DNA of 61,406 bases, the filler included, from Pirum gemmata (lineage: Eukaryota): NCBI GenBank assembly GCA_002812295.1. It is 12 parts of 12 records of this genome, joined end to end, with 100 filler letters (N's around TTAATTAATTAA, not from the genome) between each part and the next. Parts side by side here need not be neighbours in the genome. Positions count along the whole stretch, not along the records: positions 46,567 to 51,452 come from PDIN01000841.1; positions 51,553 to 56,430 come from PDIN01000842.1; positions 56,531 to 61,406 come from PDIN01000843.1; 9 more parts are not named here. One strand, given 5' to 3'. The notes beneath the pieces are model-generated. The model saw nothing but the letters and a program-made list of their open reading frames with translations. It was not told where the DNA came from and did not search any database. The translations under genes and the position numbers were made by a program. Below are positions 47,750 to 60,571 of this stretch, piece by piece. Position 1 is the first letter of the stretch; each line of letters opens with the position of its first letter.

Positions 47750-49025
47750 TTTCCTCTAGCTAGTCTAGCTAGCTAGCTAGTAGTAGTATAAAAATAGAGG
47801 AGATATTTTGGTGAAATAAATAATAAAAATACTATGATAGTAAAACCGAATCTTTGAACATCGATTGATTTTTAGCCTACTAGCTAGCTAGCTAGCTACT
47901 ACTAGTAGCTAGGATTTTTAGCTATGCTCTAACTTCTTCTAAGTTCTAAGATCTAACTTCTTAGAAGTCTTAGAACTGTAGCTACTACTAGTTAGTCTAC
48001 CAGTATTCTATCAGTATTCTATCGTGGATTAGTCTATCTATGCTAGCTAGCTAGCTAGAGCTAGCTAGCTAGACATGATAGTATCATAGTTCTATGATAC
48101 TAAGGATAGAGAAAAGATAAGGAAAATTCACAAAGACTTTTCCTATGATACAGTCTTTGTTCAGTCTTTGTCTATCATTAGTCTATCATTCATATCTAGC
48201 TAGCTAGCTAGCTAATAGTATAAAAACTAGCTACTATGATAGACTAGCTAGTAGTAACATTGATAAAAAAAATAAGATTAATTTTTTTTTTTTTTTTACC
48301 GGGGGGGGGGGGGTGTCCATACTAATGTGTCTATCTTAGCCTGTCATAACTCTGTCATATCAGTACAGTTTAAAAATTAAAATATATATCATAGTTCTAT
48401 GACATAGTAGTAGTGTTCTAGTAGTCTAGACTCTAGATATTAAATTATGTACCTGAGATATGAACACGATATTATAGCTGATATTATCATTATCATATCA
48501 TATCATAAATATCGATAAGTCTATCAATACAGTCTACAGTCAGTCAGTAGTAGCTAGCTAGCTAACACTCACTACTACTAGTAGCTAGCTAGCTAATATC
48601 ATAATATCAGTAGCTAGCTAGCTATCATAGCTAGCTAGTAGTAGCCTGTAGTACTAGCTAGCTATCGATACTAACTATCGATAGCTAACTATCGATAGCT
48701 ATAGTAGCTAAAGCAGCTATCATAATAATATATTAGATCTATTAGAGCTATCATCTGATATCGTTCTAGCTACTATCATAGCTAGCTAGCTAGCAGAAAA
48801 TCTAGCAGAGCTAAAGAGCTACTATCATATCAATAGGCTACTACTACTAGCTAGTAGAGTATCAGATACTACTAGCTAGCTAGCTAGACTAGCTCTACTA
48901 GCTAGCTAGAGGCTAGCTAGACTAGCTCTACTAGAGCTAGCTAGAGGCTAGCTAGCACTGTCCAGTTCACTTGTGCACTCACTGTGCTAGCTAGCTAAGT
49001 AGCTCTAGCTAGCTAGCTACTGACA
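47750..49025. repeat. CTAG/TAGC-rich low-complexity tract between divergent genes
   Basis: Dozens of (CTAG)2-4 runs mixed with TAGTA, TATCATA, TAGACTA and TATCGATA. Confidence 0.85.
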
Positions 49026-49471
49026 GTCTACTGACATTCCATTTCACATTCCTTGGACTCACTTATGTGTAAATAGAGTGAGTATAGTTGTGAGTATAGA
49101 GTGGGACATTCTATTTGTATAAAAATTTAAAATACGCATGCTTTTTTTTTTTGTCTTGCTGTTTTTTTTTTGAAAAAAATTAGAGTAGACTAGCCCCTGA
49201 TAACTTTTACCTATAGCTAGTGTGAAATTGTGAATCTGTGTGATAACTTTTACTTTATTAGACTATATAAATAGACTACTCTAGTAGACTATCACGATAA
49301 AAAAAAAACTTCAGAATAAAAAAATATAATTATTATATACTAGCATATATACGCATGAGTGTGTGTATGTGTGGAAAGTATATTATATGATTAAAATAAT
49401 TTAAATTACCAAGGTATTAATTAATATTTAGTGAAAAATATAAAAAAATACATTCAGATAAATATTTCAAA

Positions 49472-50677
49472 ATGTCTGCAAGAGGTCCAGGTAAAAAATC
49501 TTCCAAAAAACGTAGAAGACATCTTGATATTGTGAATGATAATGATGGTTCACAGAATGATAATAATACTATTAATGACGACAAAACAGCCAAAACGGTG
49601 GACGATGATACCGCTTCAGGCATTGAGAGCGAAAATAAGAGTTCTCTTGAATTAAACTCTCAAAAGAGAACACAGCGCGCAAGAAGTATATTTGATGTAA
49701 ACACACAAGATTCGGAAAACGGAAAGCGTGTGAAACTCTCTTCTTCAACCTCTGTTTCTGGGAAACGAAAAACAACTAAAAACAACGCTTGTAATACAGA
49801 CGATGATTTAGCAGGCACAGTCGCAAGCCCGAGTACAAGCAAAGCCACTGGAAGACGAAATACAAAATCACTTAAAATCAACTCTTGCGACAATGATTTA
49901 GCAAGCACGAGCTCAAGCACAACTACAGGAAAAGCTACCCTTTCTCTAAACCCAAGTCCTTTAACAACCACCAGTACAACTTTACTGTCGAATTTGGTGA
50001 AAGAACATAAGAAGAATATTGACAACTACACCAAAGCCTGTATCAATATCCCCACCACCACCGACTTTCCCAACACCACCAACACCAACAACACCACCAC
50101 CAACACCACCAACACCACCAACACCACCAACACCACCAACACCACCAACACCACCACCACCACCGCCACCAACACCAACGCCACCAACACCACCAACACC
50201 AACACCAACACCAACACAAATTTCAATACCAATAAGGCTAACACCACCAACAACGTCACCGCCAATGACACCACCAAAACCAACACTAACGCTAACATCT
50301 CTAGCGATAACAAGCTTCCCAGCACAAGCACTTCAGCTAATGCATCTTGTTCAAATACACCAAAAAGTCGTTTGTCAAATTCTAGGTCTGCCAATGGTGT
50401 CAGTAGCAAAACTTTCAAAATTTTGAACAAAATAGCACAGACTCCACCTGCACCTGCTCGAAAAAAACCTTCGTTAAAGACCAACTCTGAAAAAAAGGAC
50501 ACAACCAGCATCGATGTTTTATCAGATTTCTTGAACTGTAATATTTGTTTTACTATTTCGGAAGATGAAATATATCAATGTAGTAACGGTCATTTACTTT
50601 GTAAAAGTTGCCACAGTCGAGTTGTTGCTGAAGATGTAGCGCAGTGTCCTACTTGTAGGGTAATTTTAGTGAATTAG
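49472..50677 (+). CDS. C3HC4 RING protein (SINA/CYHR1-like RING) with a long disordered S/T/N-rich N-terminus
   Basis: LNCNICF..EIYQCSNGHLLCKSCH..CPTCR; basic NLS-like KKRRR. A possible donor at 50660 suggests the gene continues. Confidence 0.8.
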   Translation: MSARGPGKKSSKKRRRHLDIVNDNDGSQNDNNTINDDKTAKTVDDDTASGIESENKSSLELNSQKRTQRARSIFDVNTQDSENGKRVKLSSSTSVSGKRKTTKNNACNTDDDLAGTVASPSTSKATGRRNTKSLKINSCDNDLASTSSSTTTGKATLSLNPSPLTTTSTTLLSNLVKEHKKNIDNYTKACINIPTTTDFPNTTNTNNTTTNTTNTTNTTNTTNTTNTTTTTATNTNATNTTNTNTNTNTNFNTNKANTTNNVTANDTTKTNTNANISSDNKLPSTSTSANASCSNTPKSRLSNSRSANGVSSKTFKILNKIAQTPPAPARKKPSLKTNSEKKDTTSIDVLSDFLNCNICFTISEDEIYQCSNGHLLCKSCHSRVVAEDVAQCPTCRVILVN

Positions 50678-50800
50678 TGTTATTATTTTTATTATTTTTA
50701 TTATTATTATTATTATTATTATTCAATACAAGTACTACTACTTTTAATTAGTTATAATTACTATAATATACTCACTGTGAAATTCCCACAATATAATTAG

Positions 50801-51279
<479 letters not shown>

Positions 51280-51552
51280 ACAAAAGCATGATTGATTTGT
51301 TACTTAAAGGGAAGTTATTAACGCAAACGCAAAACCAAAACCAAAACCAGAACCAAAATCAAAACCAAAACCAAAACGAAAACGAAAAAGAAAAAGAAAA
51401 CGAAAACGAAAATCAAAATCAAAATCAAAATCAAAATCAAAACCAAAACCAANNNNNNNNNNNNNNNNNNNNNNNNNNNNNNNNNNNNNNNNNNNNTTAA
51501 TTAATTAANNNNNNNNNNNNNNNNNNNNNNNNNNNNNNNNNNNNNNNNNNNN

Positions 51553-51990
51553 TTTGATAGAAGTCATCACTCGACAGTGTGACTTAAACTGTTTTAGGCA
51601 GTAATTAATTATTAAAATGAACTTTAAAATTATGACCAAAAGTGTTTTAGACAAAGAAGCAGAGGTAAGATTAGGTGACGTCCTTTATGGATGATTCCTA
51701 TGTATATAATACAACTTTTTGTGATTTTTTTATTATTATTATAATAATGAATCAATTAATGACATTATAGACTAAACACTTTATAAACAGTTTATTTTAT
51801 AGGGAACATTCATAAAGGACGTCACTTATTCTTGTATAGAAGTCATTGGTCGAAAGTGTGACTTAAACTGTTTTAGGCAGTAATTACTTATTAAAATGAA
51901 CTTTATAATTAATTTAAAATTATGACCAAAAGTGTTTTGGACAACGAGACATAGGTAAGATTAGGTGACGTCCTTTTTATGGATGATTCC
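51553..51990 (+). mobile_element. Harbinger-like MITE family A: partial copy (51553-51698) and full copy (51802-51990)
   Basis: GGGAACATTCATAAAGGACGTCAC...GTGACGTCCTTTTTATGGATGATTCC. Confidence 0.8.
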
Positions 51991-52075
51991 GAAACTATTC
52001 CTAAACTCATTATCATATAAATAAATAAATATCGATATCAACAGTCATTATTTATAATAACCATATATTATATAC

Positions 52076-52251
52076 AGCGCTTTTCATTTATTTTGTCACT
52101 CCGAATATTTATTTGGTTGGTTATAATTTTTTAATTGAGTACTGTTAAATGAATAAATGGATAATAAAATATACCGAATTAAATGAAATGGATTTATATT
52201 GTATTAATTTGGTATTAATACTCTTTATTGTATATTTTATGAAAAGCACGA
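52076..52251 (+). mobile_element. MITE family 1 copy
   Basis: GCGCTTTTCATTTATTTTGTCA...TGAAAAGCACGA, next to a gap. Confidence 0.85.
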
Positions 52252-52367
52252 NNNNNNNNNNNNNNNNNNNNNNNNNNNNNNNNNNNNNNNNNNNNNNNNN
52301 NNNNNNNNNNNNNNNCACCGTATTCGAATCGAAAGACGAATCGATATTAAGCATCGATCAAATACAG

Positions 52368-54000
52368 TCAACAATAGAAATCAATATTGAAAGAAAAAAA
52401 TATCGGTAAGTAATGAGTCTTTTCAGGAAGGTGGTTATAGACGGACACACAAAGTTTTGCTAGATATTCTGACGGAACAACATGGGAGGCATAAAGAAAA
52501 TAAAACTTTTCCGATTTGGCATCTTTCCAGAACTGAGAATAGTGGGATGATTTATGCGGATTTGGCACATGGGTTTTGTAGTTACCATCATAAAAGTTTG
52601 CAATCAAATCAGCTGTAATCTGAACCATTAAGACATAACAACTCATGTACTTTTTTAGTATACTATCACAGTCTGTGGTATTCATAATATTAACAAATGT
52701 ATTGAATAATATAGCATTGATATCTGTTGATACAGGCACCGTTAAACCTGGAATTTGGCTGCTCAACTTTTGAGCGTCACCAAATAACCATTGAAAGTTG
52801 TATTGTTCTGAGGGGTTTGTTGCTTTGTGACCAAAACTAGTAAAAATCGACGCCAGCTGGATTATTTGAAGGAAGTATTTGTTTACCAATGGCACCATAT
52901 GCTTCAGATGTAAAGATTTTACATCTTGAATGATGCTTAAATTAAGCATATATTTGTGCCATGATATTGTTGAAGGACATTTGTTCTTTCTTGTTTTGAA
53001 TCCCAAGGGCACAAAAACATAGTTGCTATAGTATTTCATAATATTATGGACCTTCTCCGAGGTAAATCCCCAATGATTGGAACATAACGTTAGAAAGCCG
53101 GTAAACAAATTTGGCAATAATCATTATTAATATTATAATGATATCTAAGTTTCTGTAATATCGATCAATTATACGCTCTATACAGTAAGAAGTGTAATTA
53201 ATTCGACCATGTAGTGTAGTAATTTCTCTCAAAGGTTGATCTTGTAATTGCAATAAGGCATTACATCCGGAACATAAATTTTGATCTTTAGCATGGTTTT
53301 CGAAAGGACAATACGCCTCTATTTCATATTTAAAGAGCTGTTGAATTATCTGTTTTAAGTTGAGGAACGATTCCACTGTCAGATATAATATTAATAAATT
53401 GGGTCTATGTTACATCTAGTATTGTCTACACAAAAAATATTACTTAAAAAAACACCTGTTTTTATCCCTTTCTTCATATAATACCGTCTATTGTCAAGTC
53501 GTGGTTATTAACAAACTGGTTATAGGTAGGCAAAGCACTCACCATATTTGGTACTAATTTTTTCAGCAAGGCAATGTTTCTCGCAAACATCGGGTCAAAC
53601 TGCTTGTACAACAATGGTAACATAAGATACAACAATGTTTGGAATATTGTCCACCCAGTCCATTAACAAAATCAAAAAAGCTAATACTTGTGGGTATTGA
53701 CTACGTTCAATAATGTTATGCACATATTCACTGGCTATTGAGTAAAATATCGAATACATTATAAAATAAAACCATTGTTCCTGTTCATGTTGCAAAGTAA
53801 ATAAAGTTTCCAGTTCTGCTGATAAACTGGCTATGGCATTGGGTAAGTTAGCAAAAGTGGAAACAAAAGATTTGATATTATAATACCCCCATCAATAGTT
53901 TCAGACATTTGTTTTTCCGAGGACAAAAAACAAGAGTACCGGAAAATACATTACCGGATCAAGAATATATAAAGGCACCTGCTTCACTCATTTTTGGCAT
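52368..54000 (-). pseudogene. Decayed gene of unknown family
   Basis: Consecutive same-strand ORF pieces (53795-53595, 53376-53044, 53117-52368) with coding-like complexity, linked by stops, frameshifts and a likely intron near 53379-53455. Confidence 0.6.
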
Positions 54001-54118
54001 TCAACTAATTTTTTAATAATATCATAATAATAATAATATTTTTTTTTTTGTAAAAATCCACTTATTTATACTTTTTTTTTGTTTTTTAAATTAAATACAT
54101 AAAAATAAAAAGTTAAAA

Positions 54119-55426
54119 ATGGAAAAATATCGGTCTAGCTAGAGAATTTAAGCACCCATGATAGACTAGCGTTGATACAAATGAAAGACTATATAAACAA
54201 AAACTGAAGGAGGATGCTAAACTAAAATTAGGTATAGCCGATAAAAGTCAAGTTCCTGATTATCCAACATTTAATGATAATGATAAGAAACTGTTAGAAT
54301 CTATTAGAAATTTCATTGAAGGTAAGTATAAAGGGTATGAAACAAAACAGGTTTACTGACGAGGAAGCTCGAAGGAAGGTAACTAGTGCTCGGTATACAC
54401 TACCCACACAAAAAATTATTGATGATATAGGCCCCGGGGGGTCTACGTAGCAAAACAAAAACTCCACTGCAGGAGTTCACGGGTATTATACTGCACCACA
54501 GGAGTTCACGGGTGTTCCACCACAGCAGTTCACGGGTGTTCCACCACAGCAGTTCACGGGTACTGCACCAAAGGAGTTCACGACTCCACCACAGCAGTTC
54601 ACGGGTACAGCACCACAGGAGTTCACGGATACTACACCACCACAGCAGTACACGGGTACTGCATCACAGGAGTTCACGGGTACTCCACCACAGGACACTG
54701 ATGAAGAAACTATTGATAAGCATCACAAACAAAATACATTTGATAATCTATTGTTACAAACACAACCACAACAAAACTATTCGAAAGAAGGTGATAGCGT
54801 AATTTATGCTTCAGGATCACAGAAAAAAGAGCAAGAAGCGGCAGAGCAAGAGCAAGAGAAGAAAGATCAAGAAGAAGCGGTAGAGAAAGAGAAAAAAGAG
54901 CAAGAAGAAGCAAAAAGGCTAAAGAAAGAACAAGTAGAAGCAAAAAGGCTAGAGCAAAAAGAAAGGCAAACAGAGGCAGAAGCATCAAGGCAAAAGGAGA
55001 CGGAAGCAAAGCAAAAGCTTGTGGAGGAGAAAGTGGAAAATAATTTATAAGAAAACAAAAAGGCTAGAAGAAGCGGCAGAGAAAGAGAAGAAAGAACAAG
55101 TAGAAGCAAAAAGACTAGAGCAAGAAGAAAGGCAGACGGAGGCAGAAGCATCAAGGCAAAAGGAGACGGAAGCAAAGCAAAAGCTTGTGGAGGAGAAGGT
55201 GGAAAATAAGAAAACAAAAAGGCTAGATAAAGAGAAGAAAGATCAAGAAGAAGCGGCAGAGAAAGAGAAGAAAGAGCAAGAAGAAGCGGCAGAGAAAGAG
55301 AAGAAAGAGCAAGAAGAAGAGGCAGAGAAAGAGAAGAAGGAGCAAAAAGAAGCGGCAGAGAAAGAAAAAGAAGCAAAAAGGCTAGAGCAAGAGCAAGCAG
55401 CAAGGCAACAGGAGACGGAATCTTGA
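54119..55426 (+). pseudogene. Decayed gene with PQQFTG 24-bp repeats and E/K/Q coiled-coil repeats
   Basis: ATG 54119; 4-nt duplication at 54135-54142; stops at 54159-54164; 7-nt insertion near 55042-55050 absent from the sister repeat at 55202. Confidence 0.7.
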
Positions 55427-55609
55427 AAATCTAGATGCAGTAAAAACGGAATCTTGAAAATCTAGATGCAATAAAACAGCGTTTTTTACGCAGTACAGAT
55501 AGAATGAAAGATATAATTTGTCTCCAAGTGAACCTTACTTGCCCCCGCACCGCCACCACCCTTTTAACGTCGAGATTCCGAATGATTTACAAGATTGTAT
55601 ATCAATAAG

Positions 55610-56140
55610 AATAATACTAGAATAGTACTACTATATATATATAAATGCATTTATATATAGGAATAGTTCTTTTGCATAAATGTCAATATATAGGAATACT
55701 ACTACTATATATGAAGATTAATTTATACATAGGAATAGTTATAAGGTATATAATTAACTATATATTTTCACAAGAGTAACAATACTGTATATGCAAAGGA
55801 AATATTTACTATATATTTGTATGTATATTTATATAGGAATAATATTACTTTATATATGTAGATGTACATTCATATTTATATGAATATTAATAGAACCCTA
55901 AGTATGTTTATGTTCATGTTATTTGATAAAAAAGAAACTTTAGAAATAGTATATTTATATAGGAATAACAATACTAATATATGTAGATGTGTATTCATAT
56001 ATAGAAATAGTATTACTATATATTAGTATGTATATCTATCTATATATAGAAATAATAATACTATATGTGTTGATGTATATTCATATACGAATTTACATAA
56101 ATAGTGTTATTTAATAAAAAGCAAACCTTAAAAAACTAGA
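55610..56140 (+). repeat. Degenerate AT-rich minisatellite (TTTATATAGGAATA..ACTATATAT core, about 35-40 bp)
   Basis: The TAGGAATA/TAGAAATA core recurs roughly ten times. Confidence 0.65.
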
Positions 56141-56619
56141 AAACTTGTTAATTAAGTTTTAGATAACATATCTAATGCTAAGATTGCTAGTTCCGAATTC
56201 TTTCTACTATTATTATTTGTATTATTATTATTTGTACTGTTATTATTTGTACTATTGTTATTACGATTGGTATTGCTGTTAGTATTATGATGTATAGTTT
56301 GACTATCATCATCACCATGGTTATTTTTATTTTCACTATTACTATTTGTATCATTCTCATTATTAGTGTTGTTACTGGCTTTGCTACAGGTATTGTAGCC
56401 ACCACCCCCCCCCCCCCCCCCCCCCCCCCCNNNNNNNNNNNNNNNNNNNNNNNNNNNNNNNNNNNNNNNNNNNNTTAATTAATTAANNNNNNNNNNNNNN
56501 NNNNNNNNNNNNNNNNNNNNNNNNNNNNNNATATATATGGGCGGGTGGGTTGGTGTTTATCGAAATTTCTTTTTACACTTTTTCAGCTGAATATTTAACG
56601 ATGTAAAAAAATAAACAGG

Positions 56620-59160
56620 ATGGACCCGATAAGTTGGACAAGAGAAGATTTTATGATCGGGAAAAGATTGGGAAAAGGAAAATACGGAAATGTATATATG
56701 GCCAAAGAGAGGAAAACACAGCAAACTGTTGCCTTGAAGGTTATATTTTAACCCATGTTGTTGTTTTCAGTAGGGAAATTAGTTTGATATATTGTACATA
56801 ACCGTTTTTTTTTTTTTAACTAAATCTCTTTTTCGTTTTTCGTTTGGTAACTTACATTATATGTATTTTGCCTTGTTAGGTTCTCTTCAAATCTGAAATA
56901 AAAGAAGCTCAGTGCGTGCATCAATTGCGTCGTGAAATAGAAATTCAGTCTCACCTTTCGTATGTAAATTGAATCCTTGTGTCTCACTTTTTTTTTATTC
57001 TTTGTTTTTCTATATTTTATCCCAGATAAATAATGCATTAAATATAAAATTAATAAAAAGTCAAATTGATTATGTAAAGATTTATATATAAATATGTTAT
57101 AAAGCTATGATATCTAAACATTTCTTTCAATTCTTTACTATGCTCTTACTCACATATATACCATATAATTTATACATATTTATTTATTATAGGGCTATAA
57201 TATCTAAATATTTCTTTCGATTCCTACGTAGACTTTTACTAACATGATACATATTTTTACTCACAAGTATACCATATACTTGGGGCTATAATGTCGAAAT
57301 AATTCTTTTCATCACTACATATACTTATACTCGCATCTATTCTTTCCTCACATATATACCATATAGTTTAGACATGCTTATATATTATAAAGAAACATTT
57401 AGATATTATAACCCTATAATATATAAATACGTCTACATTACATGTGAATAAAAGTGTATGTAAGAATTGAAAGAAAACTTTATAGATATTATAGTCTTTC
57501 AATTCCTATATATGTTTTTACTCACATATATACCTTATAATTTAGACATAGGTTTATAATATTGAAATGTTTCTTTCGATTCCTACACTTTTACTATATA
57601 TATATATATATATATACTTTTAATATATATATATACCATATAATTTAGACACAAAAATATTTTACGGTTATATGGATATTTTCATGACGTTTCAAAAGTT
57701 TATTTAGTTTTGGAATATGCACCAAAGGGAGAATTGTATCAATTATTAAATAAAAATGGCTCTTTTGACAACGAAACTGCGGTGAAGGTTTTTTTAAAAT
57801 TCGATTTAATCATAGAATATTTTTATTTATTTATTAAGTTTCATCGGCATGTCACCTTAAACGTTATTATTTTACCGTGATGATATTCTTTATTAACATA
57901 TCCTTATTTTTGCTTAATGTTTGAAAGTTTTAATTTTGACATTTGTTTAAAATTTATTATTGATTTCACTTTAACCCACATCGTCATTTAATTTTTACTC
58001 AAACTTTTAATTATGTGCACCAACAGACTCGTATAAATTGTTTGATGTATTATCTATGTCTAATAAAATGTACCCCCCCCCCTCCCCTCTCCTCCACCAA
58101 TGCAGTATATTTCCCAACTTATGTCAGCTATTCAGTATTGTCATAAGAGAGATGTAATTCATCGTGATATTAAACCGGAAAATATATTGATTGGTAAGAA
58201 CAATGAAGTTAAAATTGCTGATTTTGGCTGGGCTGTTCACACTCCCACTCTTTCAAGGTATAATATACTTGACTATGAATTTTTATTCATGTATGTATGT
58301 ATGTATGTATGTATGTATGTATGTACGCATGTATTCATTGATTGTAAAATTTTGTATCTGTAGACGAACAACTCTTTGCGGTACACTTGATTACTTGCCT
58401 CCTGAAATGGTAGAGGGAAAAAAACACGATGAATTGGTATTTTTGGTTATTTCGATACAATGCAAGTATCTACTTACAAACAAAAATATAATAAAACTTT
58501 TAACCTAATGGGTATTATATATATATATATATATAACATTGTTTATAAACAGGTAGACGTGTGGTGTTTAGGGATTTTGTGCTATGAATTTTTGGTTGGT
58601 CAACCTCCGTTTGAATCTGGGGTAAGTAATATTTGTTTTATTATATCGTCTTCGATAATGTACTCTTTCCTTGTTTACTGTAATTTAACAGTGTGCTTGT
58701 CATGGAATAATGACTTATATTTCTTATATTATGTTTATGTAAGTAGAGCTCTGAAATAACCTACGGAAGAATAAGTAAAGTCGATCTAGTTTTTCCAGAG
58801 TCGCCACCGATTTGTGATTCCGCCAAAGATTTGATAACAAAGGTAAGTATTTAGGAAGCGTTCATAAATGTCGTCGCTCTATTTTTTGTTACCACCTCTA
58901 CCCTAAATAAATAGATATTTAGACCCTCCCACTACGAGCTCCACCATGGTAAATAGATATTTAGAACCCCCACCCACCCTTGAATAATAACGTCATTTTG
59001 AACGCACCTTTATTTAAAATCTCACACAAGCAGAAAATGGAGTAGCTTATTTTGAAATATTTTATTTTCTTTATATATCCAGCTATTGAGGTATAATCCT
59101 AAAGAAAGAATAAGTTTAGAATCGGCTTTACAGCACCCATGGATTTTGGAAAATAGCTAG
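56620..59160 (+). CDS. AURK: Aurora kinase, 8 exons
   Basis: Exons 56620-56739, 56880-56959, 57649-57787, 58106-58257, 58364-58436, 58553-58621, 58747-58842 and 59083-59160 all join in phase. [64 protein letters not shown]. Confidence 0.95.
58854..59009. mobile_element. Harbinger-like MITE in Aurora intron 7
   Basis: TTA|GGAAGCGTTCATAAATGTCGT...ACGTCATTTTGAACGCACCT|TTA; internal direct repeat TAAATAGATATTTAGA.CC. Confidence 0.7.
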
Positions 59161-60382
59161 AACCTTTTTACAATTTTATCTCTTTCACAATTACTTGTAA
59201 AAAGTTACAAATGTACCCTTAAGTGTGAATATATTCGAAAGCCATTATTAGTGTAGCCAAACCCATTTGTATTATACATGTAAATCTTCATTGCATATCT
59301 GCATTGCACATCTGCATTGTAAATCTATTAAAGTTTCGGTTAAATTTTGATTTTTAATTTCGAATTTGCTTCAAAATTCTATTATGCAATCTCATCGGTT
59401 GATGTCGGAGAACATTGGAATAGGGAGTTAAAGGGAATCATGATCACCCTTGTTCTAAACTGTAACTTAAAAAAAAGCCACACATATTTTCCTTCTACTA
59501 ATTGAGATAGGGGAAAGGCATTTTAACACGGTATTTTCACAAGTTAAAATGAATTTATTTGAAAAATATATTGGAAGATAGAAAAATAAAAAATTGGTTT
59601 TGAAAGTTGGCACAAAGTAACACCATTATAGTGCCATCAGGCAGATTCAGACTTCCTGATGCAAATAAAAAAGTACTAATATTAAAAATCAAAATCAAAA
59701 TTTTTTTGTTAAGAATTACCCCCAAAATGTGTCTTCTTTCTGGTTCCTGTTCGATAGTGTATGAGGCCTATAATACAACATGGATATCATAGTTCTCATG
59801 CTTACAGTAGGTCTAGCGAGGTACTGTAACTAAGTCTCATGGTTATTCTAATGTCCTTAGCTGTATAGGCCATCCCCATAATTAGTTCTATAGTCTATCA
59901 TACGTACTATGATATGATAGTTATGATAGCTATGATAGCAATATGTATGGTAGGTCTCGAGCTAGCTAGTAGCTATGATTAAAATAATTCTACAGATTGG
60001 CTTCTAAAGGGATAAAAGTTAGATCTGAACTAAAATGTTTTCAAGATAGAGCTTATGTTTATTTTGTGTTTTCAGAAATTTGGAGATTTTTGATATTCGC
60101 CGTTCCTTAAAATTTGATAGTCTGCTCAGACTCTGCTGTGCCCCGGGGTCTAGCTAGATATGATTTGATTAGTTGTTTAGAGAGTTGGGGGCAGTTTATT
60201 GGGCAGCTTGGGCTTATTGGGTTGTAGTGACGTACAGGGGCTTGCTAGCTAGTTGGCAACTTGGCATGCAGGGGCCCAGGGGGCTATCATATCGTGCAGG
60301 GGGCATCATAGTCTATGTAGGGGGGTATGTAGAGGTATTAATACCACTTGAAGAATGATTAGGTGTTATATTGGTTTAGGTA

Positions 60383-60571
60383 TTGTGCTTTTCATTTATT
60401 TTGTCACTCAGAATATTTATTTGGTTGTTTATAATATTTTTAAAAATTGATACTTTTAAATAAATAAATATATAATAAAACATACTAAATTAAATGAAAT
60501 GGATTTATATTGTATTAATTTGGTATAATTTATTGTATATTTTATGACGACAAAATAAATGAAAAGCACGA
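60383..60571 (+). mobile_element. MITE family 1, full copy
   Basis: TA|TTGTGCTTTTCATTTATTTTGTCA...GACAAAATAAATGAAAAGCACGA|TA. Confidence 0.9.

Noticed and set aside
60173..60358. 61-aa ORF in a G-rich patch
   Set aside because: No ATG or splice support; interrupted by CTAG words and flanked by a MITE.
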